Source: Thermoflexales bacterium (GTDB lineage: Bacteria; Chloroflexota; Anaerolineae; B4-G1; SLSP01). From it: a stretch of DNA of 50,967 bases. The notes beneath the pieces are model-generated. The model did not search any database and was not told the DNA's origin. It saw only the letters and a list, made by a program, of their open reading frames with translations. Both the position numbers and the translations under genes were made by a program. Below, piece by piece: positions 40,547 to 49,965 of the stretch; the stretch's first letter is position 1, and each line of letters opens with the position of its first letter. The stretch covers positions 1-50,967 of the forward strand of contig SLDA01000240.1 of NCBI GenBank assembly GCA_007125545.1. Reading direction: 5' to 3'.

Positions 40547-40608
40547 AGACTCCTTTTTGCCGGCTGGTGACGCTCTTAGATACTGACCCCTGCCGAGACA
40601 CTCGGATG

Positions 40609-40636
40609 ATTATAGCCCCAGGTTGGGGCAGTACAA
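40609..40636 (-). promoter_or_regulatory. Internal promoter for GH116 (TTGTAC-16-TATAAT) with palindromic spacer
   Basis: ttgtac tgccccaacctggggc tataat. Confidence 0.6.
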
Positions 40637-40768
40637 CACATCAGTCTCACATCCTCACCCATTCCGGGCAGGCTAAGCAGCGGCTGTCTCAACACCGAAC
40701 TCGGTGCGGATATGGGCCAGCGATCAGAATCATGGAAGGCATCCTCGAGCGACTTGAAAACTGATCCA

Positions 40769-42730
40769 TTAGGAATGGCTAACAGCTTCGTACGCAAAGA
40801 GCACAAAGGTGTGAGGCACTGCCAGGCGCATCCGTATCTCACCATCCGCTCCGACGTCCGTCTCAAAATCATCACCGGCGCCCAACACACGGCGGAAGGC
40901 TACGGTCTGGTCTGCCAGCCCCCATAGCCGCAGGGTGGCTGTTTCGCGGTCATTGTACTCACGGAAGACCAACAGGTAACCTCTGCCCTCACCTAACGAC
41001 TGAAACCCCGTCCAGCTAACGCCGGAGGGTTCCTCGCCAACCGGGAAGATCTGCCCGGCGTGGATCTCAGCTTGGTGCTCGCGGTACGTGCGGATCATAC
41101 TCGCGATCTTAAACGCCTCCTCAGGCAGCGCAGTAGCCTCGAACCAGGCAAGCGGCTGTGCCATCATCGTGACAGCGAAGGCGTACGCGAAGGGTACATT
41201 GGATGGGGCGAGGGGATCGGTGGCTGAATACTTGTCGACGTTGCGGCAAACGTTAAGAAACTCGATTTGCAGGTTCTGCGCCGGTACGTAGCGTGCCAAC
41301 ATCCATAGATTGCGCAGCGTCCAATGGGGATAGTAGTTGGACCAGTCAGTGTAGCGGTTCTCCAGGAAGATATTGCCATATTCGTTAAACGTGTGATAGC
41401 CATAGCGTTGGCCTGCGGTCACATCGAGATTGAGCACCGCTTGATCACCGGTCGCAGCGGACACGGCATCGAACATCCGCCGCAGGTTGATCTCAGCCTG
41501 CTTATCAGGCACCTGGACGCCATCGATCTTAAAGGTCCGGATCCCGTGCTCGCGGTAGAGGCCGATCAAGGTTGCCGCGTCGTCCTCCCAATGCACGTAG
41601 CTGTCATCCTTGCTGGGATTGAACCACAGACAGACCTCGATACCCAGCTCGCGCCCTCGGGCAACTACCGGGGCCAAACCACGTGGGAAACGGTCAGGAT
41701 GGGGCTTCCAGTAGTCGGGTGTGCGCCAGATGCCCTCCAGCGATCCACCTGCAAAGGCGGAATTGCTTGAACGTCCCGCTTGCCAGCCGTCATCGAGTTG
41801 CAGGTGAGTGATGCCCAAGCGCGCGCCCGCCTCCAGTTCCGCGAGCACAAAGGACTCGCTGATCCGGGTATCCTGTCCCCGGTCTCCCCACGTGTTCATC
41901 AATACCATGTCGTCCCTGTCGGGCTGATGCAGCCGGATCTGATCCTGATAGGTGCGCACCGCCTGCAGGCGCCCCAATTCGCCGTCGCCGGTAACGCCCA
42001 CAACTACACTATAGGCACGGGTCCAAGACTCAAGCTGCACATCCTGCGGCGCGACGCCCAGCCCCACTGCGCGCACCTCGCCGATCCTGACGGCGAAGTC
42101 CTGGCCTGGGTAGGCAAGCTGCGCAGCTGCTCCAGGCGCCTCTTTGAGAATGAAGAGCCCCCGGTCGCGAAGGACCTCATCGATGAAGAGCAGATTGCCC
42201 ACCAGCGGCGGAACGGCGGCATCGTCCGTACCGGAGGTGTAGGGCAGCATAGCGCGCGTGTACACGAGCGTATTATTGCGGTCTGTAACATCGCAGAACT
42301 CCACCACAGAGGCGCGCCAGTGGATGCCTGGCAGGCAGAGGCGTTCTAGTGCAACCTGGGCATTCAGAGCATCAGACTCCCCCTTGAGATAAGTATCGCA
42401 CGCAATCGCCGGACAGTCGGGATAGAGGCGAAAGACCCGCTTCACGGCCAACCCCTTCATTGAGGTCAAGACCTCGGCTCGCAGGTGAGCGGGGGTGACT
42501 GACGTCGCTGCCACTTCGTGAACAAATAACTGACCTGCCGGCTTGGATGCTGGAACGGGCGTCCAAGCTAGATCCGGTGCACGACCTTCCAAGTTCCAGC
42601 CGTGCCCACGCACCACATCCTCGATCCGCAAGCCACGCAAATTGCCCGCATTCCAGCGGTAACGGCGGCGAATCCGCGCCGTTTCCAGCGTGAGCACATC
42701 ATCCTGTAACCACACCTGACAGTCAACCAT
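40769..42730 (-). CDS. Alpha-galactosidase-like (clan GH-D, GH36/GH27-like)
   Basis: MNTWGD, LQLDDGW, PDRFPRG, CLWF, FKIDG; RBS AGGAGG. Confidence 0.8.
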   Translation of the reverse strand: MVDCQVWLQDDVLTLETARIRRRYRWNAGNLRGLRIEDVVRGHGWNLEGRAPDLAWTPVPASKPAGQLFVHEVAATSVTPAHLRAEVLTSMKGLAVKRVFRLYPDCPAIACDTYLKGESDALNAQVALERLCLPGIHWRASVVEFCDVTDRNNTLVYTRAMLPYTSGTDDAAVPPLVGNLLFIDEVLRDRGLFILKEAPGAAAQLAYPGQDFAVRIGEVRAVGLGVAPQDVQLESWTRAYSVVVGVTGDGELGRLQAVRTYQDQIRLHQPDRDDMVLMNTWGDRGQDTRISESFVLAELEAGARLGITHLQLDDGWQAGRSSNSAFAGGSLEGIWRTPDYWKPHPDRFPRGLAPVVARGRELGIEVCLWFNPSKDDSYVHWEDDAATLIGLYREHGIRTFKIDGVQVPDKQAEINLRRMFDAVSAATGDQAVLNLDVTAGQRYGYHTFNEYGNIFLENRYTDWSNYYPHWTLRNLWMLARYVPAQNLQIEFLNVCRNVDKYSATDPLAPSNVPFAYAFAVTMMAQPLAWFEATALPEEAFKIASMIRTYREHQAEIHAGQIFPVGEEPSGVSWTGFQSLGEGRGYLLVFREYNDRETATLRLWGLADQTVAFRRVLGAGDDFETDVGADGEIRMRLAVPHTFVLFAYEAVSHS

Positions 42731-42797
42731 CGTGCCTCCTCCTACGTGTGCTTGCATTTCCCTCCGGCTTTTCTTGAACTATGAGGAGCGCCAGGTC

Positions 42798-43901
42798 TCA
42801 GCCATAGAGCCGTCGCACCAGGGGGCGCCACGCCGAATCGGAGAGCAAATCGGTGCTGTCGCTAAACTGGTCCAAGCTGCCGATGAGCGGGAGGCGCGCG
42901 ATACGCTGCACCTCAGGGTCGTGGATCGCAGCCAGGAGCTCATCGGAGAACCCGTGCAGCGCCATCACCTTGAAGGGACGTCCGAAAAAGTGAGTGGCGT
43001 CCTCGGGCATCAAGCGGGTGACGCCGAGCGCATTGTGAAGCTGTGCGACGATTTTGTAGGCCCGCACCAGGTGGCTCTCGCGCGCCTGCCAGTTCTCCGC
43101 GGCGAGCGCGGCCTGCAGCTGCGGAGCCAGCGCCGGACCACACGCTAGCCGCCCGAATGCAGTGCCGAACCACTTGGGATAGGGCGCATAGACCCTCTCC
43201 ATCAGGAAGCACAGGTGCATCAGACTGCGCACCAGACGAGCTCCGATCAGAGCTGAGCCGATCTCATCCCCGACGCTGCCCGCACGTCCCATAAGATGCT
43301 CCTCCTGACCGATGCGATGCCAATCAGCCGCCATCAGATAGAGCCAGAGGTCGTTCGGATAGGTGGCAAAGCGTGCAAGCGCCGCCGCAAGCCCCACAGC
43401 ATCATGGTAAATGGCTCCCGCTGTCACCTCCAACAGCCGCTGATCTGAGAAGGAGAGCCAGTCAGCCGGGTGCAACTGCTGTTGTAAGTCGAAATTCAGA
43501 TAATGGAGAAAGTAGCCTTGCACGGTCCAGATCTCGACCCGGTGGTTGATCGGGCCATTGTCCACCTCAGCCAGGAGCTGCGTACCGTTATCGGTGGGGT
43601 CGGGTTCGGTGAAGTTCGTTGGGTATCCGAGGAACTCATAGGGTAACCAGCGGGCAAGGGTGTCGTGAATGGCACCTGCCAACCGACTATGATCCGCGTC
43701 CTGCAGGAAGAGCAGCAGACGCGGTCCCCAGTCATGATCCGAGGAGACCACGTCGTCGAAGCCAAGAACCTCCGAGCCGCCGCCAATGAGGGCGGCGGCA
43801 TAGGAGAGCCCCGCGAAGCGCGCCTCGAGTATCGGACCCACCAGTTCCCGATAGAACCTCGCAGACAGCTTCAGACCGGGCACAAAAGCGGGTGTGCGCA
43901 T
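42798..43901 (-). CDS. DUF4037-family protein
   Basis: GGGSEVLGFDD..S.DHDWGPR, VTAGAIYHD, YAPYPKW. Confidence 0.8.
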   Translation of the reverse strand: MRTPAFVPGLKLSARFYRELVGPILEARFAGLSYAAALIGGGSEVLGFDDVVSSDHDWGPRLLLFLQDADHSRLAGAIHDTLARWLPYEFLGYPTNFTEPDPTDNGTQLLAEVDNGPINHRVEIWTVQGYFLHYLNFDLQQQLHPADWLSFSDQRLLEVTAGAIYHDAVGLAAALARFATYPNDLWLYLMAADWHRIGQEEHLMGRAGSVGDEIGSALIGARLVRSLMHLCFLMERVYAPYPKWFGTAFGRLACGPALAPQLQAALAAENWQARESHLVRAYKIVAQLHNALGVTRLMPEDATHFFGRPFKVMALHGFSDELLAAIHDPEVQRIARLPLIGSLDQFSDSTDLLSDSAWRPLVRRLYG

Positions 43902-45374
43902 CTACGGTGCCAACCCCAGTCGCTCGAACTGCTCGGCAGGGGCGTCGTTGGCCTTCATCAGCTTGATCAGCAGTGCAACCATCCGCGCCTCGATCTCGAC
44001 GTTACGAATAGGATGCTCCTGCTTGGGGTCTGCCTCCAGATCGAAGAGCATCGTGCCAAAGCGGTGGACGTCGCGCCACGAACCACTGCCGCGCGCCGGG
44101 ATTTTCATCGTCTTGCAGCCCTTGGTGAACATAAAAGGCGCGGCCAGCTCGATATCCTGTAACTCCTCGACGTCGAAGGTATGATGCATATGCGTCGGCA
44201 TCAGCGTGTATTCGTAGAGTGGCCCATTCTCTTCTCGTATAGGCGCACGCATATAGACATAGCGACCATCGGTCACGTTGACGTGCCCACCGTGCAAACC
44301 GAAAAGCATCCCCTCACGGAGTGCTTCCTCGGATGCGAGACTGTGCGTCAGCGGCAGGCCCTCCATATCGGGTGTCAGGGGGATACCGAAGAACTCCAGT
44401 AGCGTCGGGCCCCAGTCGATATTCTGCACGAGGGCGGCGCTGCGCTCGCGCCTGCGACCGGTCCTGGGGTCCCAGAGGAAGAGCGGCGTGTGGGCTACCT
44501 CTCCGTAGAAGGGCTGCACGCACTTGGCCCACCAGTCATGCTCGCCAAGCAGAAAGCCGTGATCCGTGCACACAATCAGCAACGTGTCCTTCCACATATC
44601 CTGCTCATCCATCAGGTCCAGCACCTCGCCGAGATAAGTGTCGCACATACTGATCAAAGCTGCGTTCTGCATCCTCATATGCTCAACTTGCTCGGGAGTC
44701 TCGGTCACCTCGCTGTAAGGAGGCCAGTCGAAGTGCGGACCGTCATAGTCATGCGGGTAGAGGTCCTTGTAGTGTTGCTGAGTAAAATAGGGCTCGTGGG
44801 GATCGAAGGTCTCGATTTGTAGGAACCAGCGATCTTGATCGGCGTTCGTGCGCATGAACTCCAATCCCATTGCGAAGGTCTTGGCCTGGGGCTGATCCTT
44901 CTCTTCTTTCAAGTGACCGCGGTTAACCCAATCCTGGCGCCACGGCTGTCCAGAACGGGGACTGACACTCTCGGGAATCTCAGGATCGGCCACTTGGCCC
45001 TTCCAAGGATCGCCCTCCTGCCCACGGCTAATCTCCCAACTGCTGTAGCGCGTGTGGTACGTGCAGCCCCCCTCCTCCCAGTAATGGAGGTGATCGCTGA
45101 CGAGATGTGTATAGACCCCGCGCTCCTTCAGAATCTCGGGCACAGAGTCGTCGAAGGGCTCCAGCGGCCCCCAACTCCGATGCAGGAAGTTGTAGCGTCC
45201 CGTATGCAGCTCGCGACGACAGGGCATGCAGGGCATGCTGCCGACGTAGCTGTTATCGAAGGTCACGGTCCGCTCGTGGAGCCTTTCGAAATTGGGTGCG
45301 TGGACCCAGTCAGCACCGTAGGGCGGCAGCATGTGACGATTCAGAGAGTCGAACATAACCATTATGGCACGCAT
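43902..45374 (-). CDS. Cys-type sulfatase
   Basis: MFDSLNR, CMPCR, FDPHEP, TDHGFLLGEH..WAK. Confidence 0.92.
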   Translation of the reverse strand: MRAIMVMFDSLNRHMLPPYGADWVHAPNFERLHERTVTFDNSYVGSMPCMPCRRELHTGRYNFLHRSWGPLEPFDDSVPEILKERGVYTHLVSDHLHYWEEGGCTYHTRYSSWEISRGQEGDPWKGQVADPEIPESVSPRSGQPWRQDWVNRGHLKEEKDQPQAKTFAMGLEFMRTNADQDRWFLQIETFDPHEPYFTQQHYKDLYPHDYDGPHFDWPPYSEVTETPEQVEHMRMQNAALISMCDTYLGEVLDLMDEQDMWKDTLLIVCTDHGFLLGEHDWWAKCVQPFYGEVAHTPLFLWDPRTGRRRERSAALVQNIDWGPTLLEFFGIPLTPDMEGLPLTHSLASEEALREGMLFGLHGGHVNVTDGRYVYMRAPIREENGPLYEYTLMPTHMHHTFDVEELQDIELAAPFMFTKGCKTMKIPARGSGSWRDVHRFGTMLFDLEADPKQEHPIRNVEIEARMVALLIKLMKANDAPAEQFERLGLAP

Positions 45375-45426
45375 GTAGTCCTCCTTGATTTCAAGTTGGT
45401 GTTTGGATACAAAGACAACACCTGAG

Positions 45427-45645
45427 TCAGACAGCCTTTGCCCGAGCGATCAGCTCCTCTTGTTCGATGGGAGCCAGATCAACGAAGCGTGCATTGAAGC
45501 CGGCGACACGAACCAACAGATCTTTGTGGTGCTCGGGGTGCACTTGGGCATCCCGCAAGGTCCTCGCGTCAAGTGCCGCCGGTTGAAGTTCCTGGCCACC
45601 GGCGGCGAAGAACGTCTCCACCAATTCCAGCAGCGTCTCAAGCAT
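45427..45645 (-). CDS. Stand-alone glycyl-radical domain (GrcA-like protein or GRE remnant)
   Basis: 72 aa: TFFAAGGQELQ..LD...LRDAQVHPE..KDLLVRVAGF..FVDL...QEELIAR, the C-terminal Gly-radical domain of PFL-family enzymes. Confidence 0.7.
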   Translation of the reverse strand: MLETLLELVETFFAAGGQELQPAALDARTLRDAQVHPEHHKDLLVRVAGFNARFVDLAPIEQEELIARAKAV

Positions 45646-45850
45646 CTCGGGTCGCCTCGCACCTCGAATCGTGAATTCATCATACCACCGAGAGGCCTTT
45701 TCGCCTACAGATCGACGAGGGTATCATTCTGTCTTGCTGAGCGAGGCGCTCCGAGGTCGGCTGTAGGCCAGCGCACTGTGCTGGTCTTTTAGTACAGTTC
45801 ACAGTAAGATTGCCGGGGCAACAGAATATCCAGAGGAGCTGAATCCGACT

Positions 45851-46357
45851 ATGAACCTGAATCTCAACCAGAAGCCTGTGCCTCCGAAGCGATCAGGCGT
45901 TATCGCCGTGGACAGAGAGCACTGCCTCGCGTGCCGTGAGTGCGAAGTGGCCTGTTCGCTCTATCACGAGGGGGAATGCAATCCGTATCTATCGCGCATC
46001 CGCATCGAGTTCAGCGACTTCGACCCGGGCGCGCCTTCCATCTTGGTCTGCAAGCAATGCGATTGGCCCGCCTGCGCCTTCGCCTGCGCCGCACTGTGGG
46101 ATGAACCAGCCCTGCATATCGACCCGGAATCCGGCGCTCGCACGATCGATCCCGAGCTGTGTCGCGGCTGTGGAGCCTGCTTGCGTGCCTGTCCCCTGAC
46201 ACCTGAGCGCACTGTTATCGGCATCGACAATCGCGAGCGACGCCCCTTGTACTTCAAGTGCGATCTGTGTAACGGACGTACTGAAGGGCCGGCGTGTGTG
46301 CAGATATGTCCAGGAGAGGCGCTGACCTTCATCCCGGCAGAAAAGCGGCGGAGGTAG
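45851..46357 (+). CDS. Multi-[4Fe-4S] ferredoxin-like subunit
   Basis: CLACRECEVAC, CKQC..PAC..AC, CRGCGACLRACP, KCDLC...ACVQICP. Confidence 0.92.
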   Translation: MNLNLNQKPVPPKRSGVIAVDREHCLACRECEVACSLYHEGECNPYLSRIRIEFSDFDPGAPSILVCKQCDWPACAFACAALWDEPALHIDPESGARTIDPELCRGCGACLRACPLTPERTVIGIDNRERRPLYFKCDLCNGRTEGPACVQICPGEALTFIPAEKRRR

Positions 46358-46362
46358 GCACC

Positions 46363-48342
46363 ATGACATACGGATGGACAGGGAAAATCCTACGCGTCGA
46401 TCTCACATCGGAGACCCTATCGACGATTGACACGGCACGCTACGTGCCCGACTTTGTGGGCGGGGTGGGCATTGCCGCCCGCATCGCCTGGGAAGAACTG
46501 GTACCTGGTATCGGTGCCTTCGACGAGGGAAATATCCTATTCCTTATGACCGGTCCCTTGACCGGTACGCTGGCATCGGGCGCGGGCCGGGTGGAGGTAC
46601 TGGGCATAGCTCCACAGCAGAATCCTGCAGTCTTCTCACGCTCCTCGATGGGAGGGCACTGGGGCGCCGAGCTCAAATATGCCGGCTTCGACGGTATCGT
46701 CATCCACGGAGAAGCCGCGCGGCCTGTCTACCTGTGGGTCTCGGACGGCAAGGCCGAGATCCGGGACGCATGCTCGACCGGCGCCAACGTCTGGGGCAAA
46801 GGTACTTATGGAACCACGGCAATCCTGCGTGGGATCCACGGGCCGCAGACGCGAGTCGTTGCCTGTGGACAGGCAGGCGAAGTGAGGTCCCGAATTGCCG
46901 TCATCCAGACGGAGACGGGTAATGCAGCCGGGCAGGGTGGTTTTGGCGGCGTGATGGGTGCCAAACGGCTCAAGGCCGTTGCGGTGCGCGGTACACAGGG
47001 CGTCAGAGTAGCCGATCCGCAGGGCTTGATGGATCTCTGCATGCACAGCAGCCGGGAGGGGCAGAGCCCCCATAGTGGGAACTATCGTAAGTGGATCGAG
47101 CAGAGGCAAGGCAAGGACGGGCCATCCCTGCGCCTGAAGAAGTGTGGCTTCTGCGCCACCCCATGCTCTTACGTCAACGCGGAGAATGCCGGACTCCCGA
47201 ACGGGCCGACTATTCCGAGTGTAGCGCTTCAGTGTTGGGGTTACGAGCGTCTGTCACGCGAGGCCGATGCGGTGATGCGCGCGATGACCAGTGACTACGG
47301 TCTCAACGGGTGGGAGATCTCCTACGGCATTATCCCCTGGTTACAGCTCTGCAAACAGCACGGGCTTGTAGACAGCATCGAGGGTTTCACGATCCCTATG
47401 CCTGAGAAACCCATTCTATATCGCCGGGACGCGATCCCTCCCTCGCCAGAGTTTCTTGAGATGTTGATCGGAAAGATCGCGCTTAGAGAGGGGGAGTTTG
47501 GTGATGCGCTGGCGGATGGCGCGTGCTATGCTGCGGAGCGGCTGTTCGATGGACAGGGCGCGCCCCTTCTCGACCGCATCTATCCCCGCCGAGCCGGGCA
47601 GACTTCCCACTGGACCGGACATTGGGGAACGGGCGGCAATATCTATTTCCCCCACTGGCTCGTTCCTATCTTACAGTGGTGCGTCGACACTCGCGATCCT
47701 GCAAGCGATTCGACCCATCAATGGGCGGAGCATGTCCTGCAATATGTCGCCGGAAATGCCGGACCGCGTCCTGGGCCGATCTCTGACGAACAGGCCCGGC
47801 ATGTATCCGCCACGGTCTATGGCCATCCCGATATCTGCGATCCGACGCTGACTTACGAGACGCCGGAGGTCAAGACGATACCGGCGCTATGGCATAGCCA
47901 TCGCGCCATGCTCGTCAATTCCCTCATCCTGTGCGATCGTGAGCACTCACGCATCTTCAGCATGTTGACCGAAGATCACGTGGCGGATACCAAGATTATG
48001 GCAAAGCTATTCCGTACGTGTACGGGGTTCGAGCTCAGTCAGGACGATCTGGACCGGGCGGGCGAACGCATCTGGAACCAACTCCGGGCCGTGGACGTGC
48101 GCAACTTTGGCCGAAACCGAACGGTCGATCTCTCCAGCCTCAACGCCTTCGTGTTCCCCGGGAAAGACGATGGCGTGGCACTTGATCAGGAGAGGTTCGT
48201 GGGCCTGCTGGACAACTACTACGAACGCAGCGGATGGGACCCGGCGACCGGGTGGCCCACCCGTGGGCGTCTTGAGGCACTGGGACTCGATGATGTCGGT
48301 GCCGAACTGACCGTGCCTGAAGAGGGGATAGTGACCGGATAG
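46363..48342 (+). CDS. Aldehyde:ferredoxin oxidoreductase family (tungstopterin)
   Basis: GWTGKILRVDL, MGGHWGAELKYAGFDG, VMGAKRLKA, CGFCATPC, YYERSGWD..TGWPT..LEALGL. Confidence 0.9.
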   Translation: MTYGWTGKILRVDLTSETLSTIDTARYVPDFVGGVGIAARIAWEELVPGIGAFDEGNILFLMTGPLTGTLASGAGRVEVLGIAPQQNPAVFSRSSMGGHWGAELKYAGFDGIVIHGEAARPVYLWVSDGKAEIRDACSTGANVWGKGTYGTTAILRGIHGPQTRVVACGQAGEVRSRIAVIQTETGNAAGQGGFGGVMGAKRLKAVAVRGTQGVRVADPQGLMDLCMHSSREGQSPHSGNYRKWIEQRQGKDGPSLRLKKCGFCATPCSYVNAENAGLPNGPTIPSVALQCWGYERLSREADAVMRAMTSDYGLNGWEISYGIIPWLQLCKQHGLVDSIEGFTIPMPEKPILYRRDAIPPSPEFLEMLIGKIALREGEFGDALADGACYAAERLFDGQGAPLLDRIYPRRAGQTSHWTGHWGTGGNIYFPHWLVPILQWCVDTRDPASDSTHQWAEHVLQYVAGNAGPRPGPISDEQARHVSATVYGHPDICDPTLTYETPEVKTIPALWHSHRAMLVNSLILCDREHSRIFSMLTEDHVADTKIMAKLFRTCTGFELSQDDLDRAGERIWNQLRAVDVRNFGRNRTVDLSSLNAFVFPGKDDGVALDQERFVGLLDNYYERSGWDPATGWPTRGRLEALGLDDVGAELTVPEEGIVTG

Positions 48343-48459
48343 GGCCCTTTTCATCTCAAACCTGCCGCTGATGTTCCAAAGCTGAATTTCTCCGTTCCGG
48401 GAGAAGAACCTGCACCTTCTTTATGAGAACCGTGCTAACGAATTCTCTATGAGAATAAG

Positions 48460-48526
48460 GATCGAGAGGTGGTGCGTAGCGATCGCCGTGATCATCCACG
48501 CTCCCCTCCAACACCACCTCTCGATC
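48460..48526. repeat. 15-bp perfect inverted repeat (37-nt loop) between convergent genes
   Basis: gatcgagaggtggtg ... caccacctctcgatc. Confidence 0.6.
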
Positions 48527-48575
48527 ACATCACTATCTCCGGATGCCGGATCCAGAGCGTCCTAGCTTGACAACG

Positions 48576-49625
48576 TCATACTTCAGGAACAGATACCTCT
48601 ACCTCGCGACCCGCAGCCGCCGAGTCAATCAGACCCTGGATGATCACATTGGTGATCAGCATCTCCTCGGCGGGGACAGGAGAGGGCGTTCCTTCCCAGA
48701 TAGCCTCGGCAAACGCCATGTTTTTGGCCAGGAAGAGATCCCCATCCTTACCGGCAGGCGCCGGTGTGATGTCTATGAGCCGATTGTAATCCTGAGTGAA
48801 GAGGGTCAACGGATTCATCTTTATGCCGGCCTTGGTGCCGAGCACGAGGGTGTGGCCCAAGGAGTCCATGTTCATGACCCAAGAAGTTTTGAAGACCAGG
48901 AATGCACCGTTCTCAAAGCGCACGGACGCCGCACCAAAGTCCTCAACTTCCAGAGCCTCCGGATCCCACTTCCAGCATCCCATCGCCTGGCTGGCGTACT
49001 TGGTACCCAGCATATTGTTGGCGATGCCTGACACCGCCACGGGCTTCGGGTGTCCCATAAGATGCAGCGCCTCATCCAAGGCATAGACGCCGATATCAGC
49101 AGTGGTCCCGATGCCGCCGGTCTCCTTGGCGAGGAAGCTTCCACCGGGGATACCACAGCGGCGACAGGCCACTGCTTCCGCATAGTAGATGTCGCCCAAA
49201 GTCCCGGCATCGACGATGCTCTTCGCGGTCATGCGCGCAGAGCCAAAGCGGGGCTGGACGCCGACCATCAGGACGAGTCCAGTTTCGTGCACTGCCTTCG
49301 TCATCGCTGCAGCATCGACGAGTGTGGCGGCCATAGGCTTCTCGACCAGCACATGCTTGCCTGCGTGGAGCGCGTCCACCGCAGGGTCTTTGTGGGCCTG
49401 GTTCCACGTGCAGATGTTCACAGCCTCGATTTCGTCCATCTCAAGGATGTCGTGGTAATCCGTGAATACATGAGGAACGCCGAACTCCTTCGCCGTTCGC
49501 TGTGCCTTCTCCTCGACGATATCGCAGACAGCGACAACCTCAATCTGTTCTGTCTTGGCGAGGGCACGCATGTGCACCTGGGCAATGCCACCGGTTCCAA
49601 TCAGCCCGATTTTAAGCCGTTTCAT
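48576..49625 (-). CDS. Gfo/Idh/MocA-family oxidoreductase
   Basis: IGLIGTGGIA, AGKHVLVEKPM, GDIYY, DIGVY. Confidence 0.92.
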   Translation of the reverse strand: MKRLKIGLIGTGGIAQVHMRALAKTEQIEVVAVCDIVEEKAQRTAKEFGVPHVFTDYHDILEMDEIEAVNICTWNQAHKDPAVDALHAGKHVLVEKPMAATLVDAAAMTKAVHETGLVLMVGVQPRFGSARMTAKSIVDAGTLGDIYYAEAVACRRCGIPGGSFLAKETGGIGTTADIGVYALDEALHLMGHPKPVAVSGIANNMLGTKYASQAMGCWKWDPEALEVEDFGAASVRFENGAFLVFKTSWVMNMDSLGHTLVLGTKAGIKMNPLTLFTQDYNRLIDITPAPAGKDGDLFLAKNMAFAEAIWEGTPSPVPAEEMLITNVIIQGLIDSAAAGREVEVSVPEV

Positions 49626-49849
49626 CAATCTCCTACCCTTTCTGAAATATGATTAGAATACAACGAGAAGCGAGGCGTCAAAGCCTGATACTCATTTACT
49701 CATGCAGGTCGTTCGCCACCCATAGAGCACGCCGTCGGGATTGCACAGACCCTCTCAGCTCCTAGCACCTTGAGAGCCGCGACAAGCGTGCTGCATTGCG
49801 GGGCGACCACCTCAGCCAATAAAGTGTTTCTCGCCCGGCCTCATTACAC

Positions 49850-49877
49850 ATCATATGCCTGTGAGGGTAGGCGTCAA
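49850..49877 (-). promoter_or_regulatory. Promoter upstream of the Gfo/Idh/MocA gene (TTGACG-16-TATGAT)
   Basis: ttgacg cctaccctcacaggca tatgat. Confidence 0.55.
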
Positions 49878-49965
49878 GAGATCCCCCGCTCCAAGCAGCC
49901 ACCTCCGCCTCCGGCGGTGGAGTGCATTTCGTCTTCGGGGCAGAGTCGCAGTTTTGGCAGTGACG

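Noticed and set aside
295-49652. Numerous overlapping ORFs of 60-270 aa in the track (e.g. 2469-3290, 12861-13667, 14908-15642, 31134-31853)
   Set aside because: Antisense or off-frame shadows of well-supported genes in GC-rich DNA, with no recognisable motifs
49790-49845. Four-helix-bundle protein remnant (GRETLYWLR)
   Set aside because: Only ~9 residues resemble the family motif and the flanks are unconvincing
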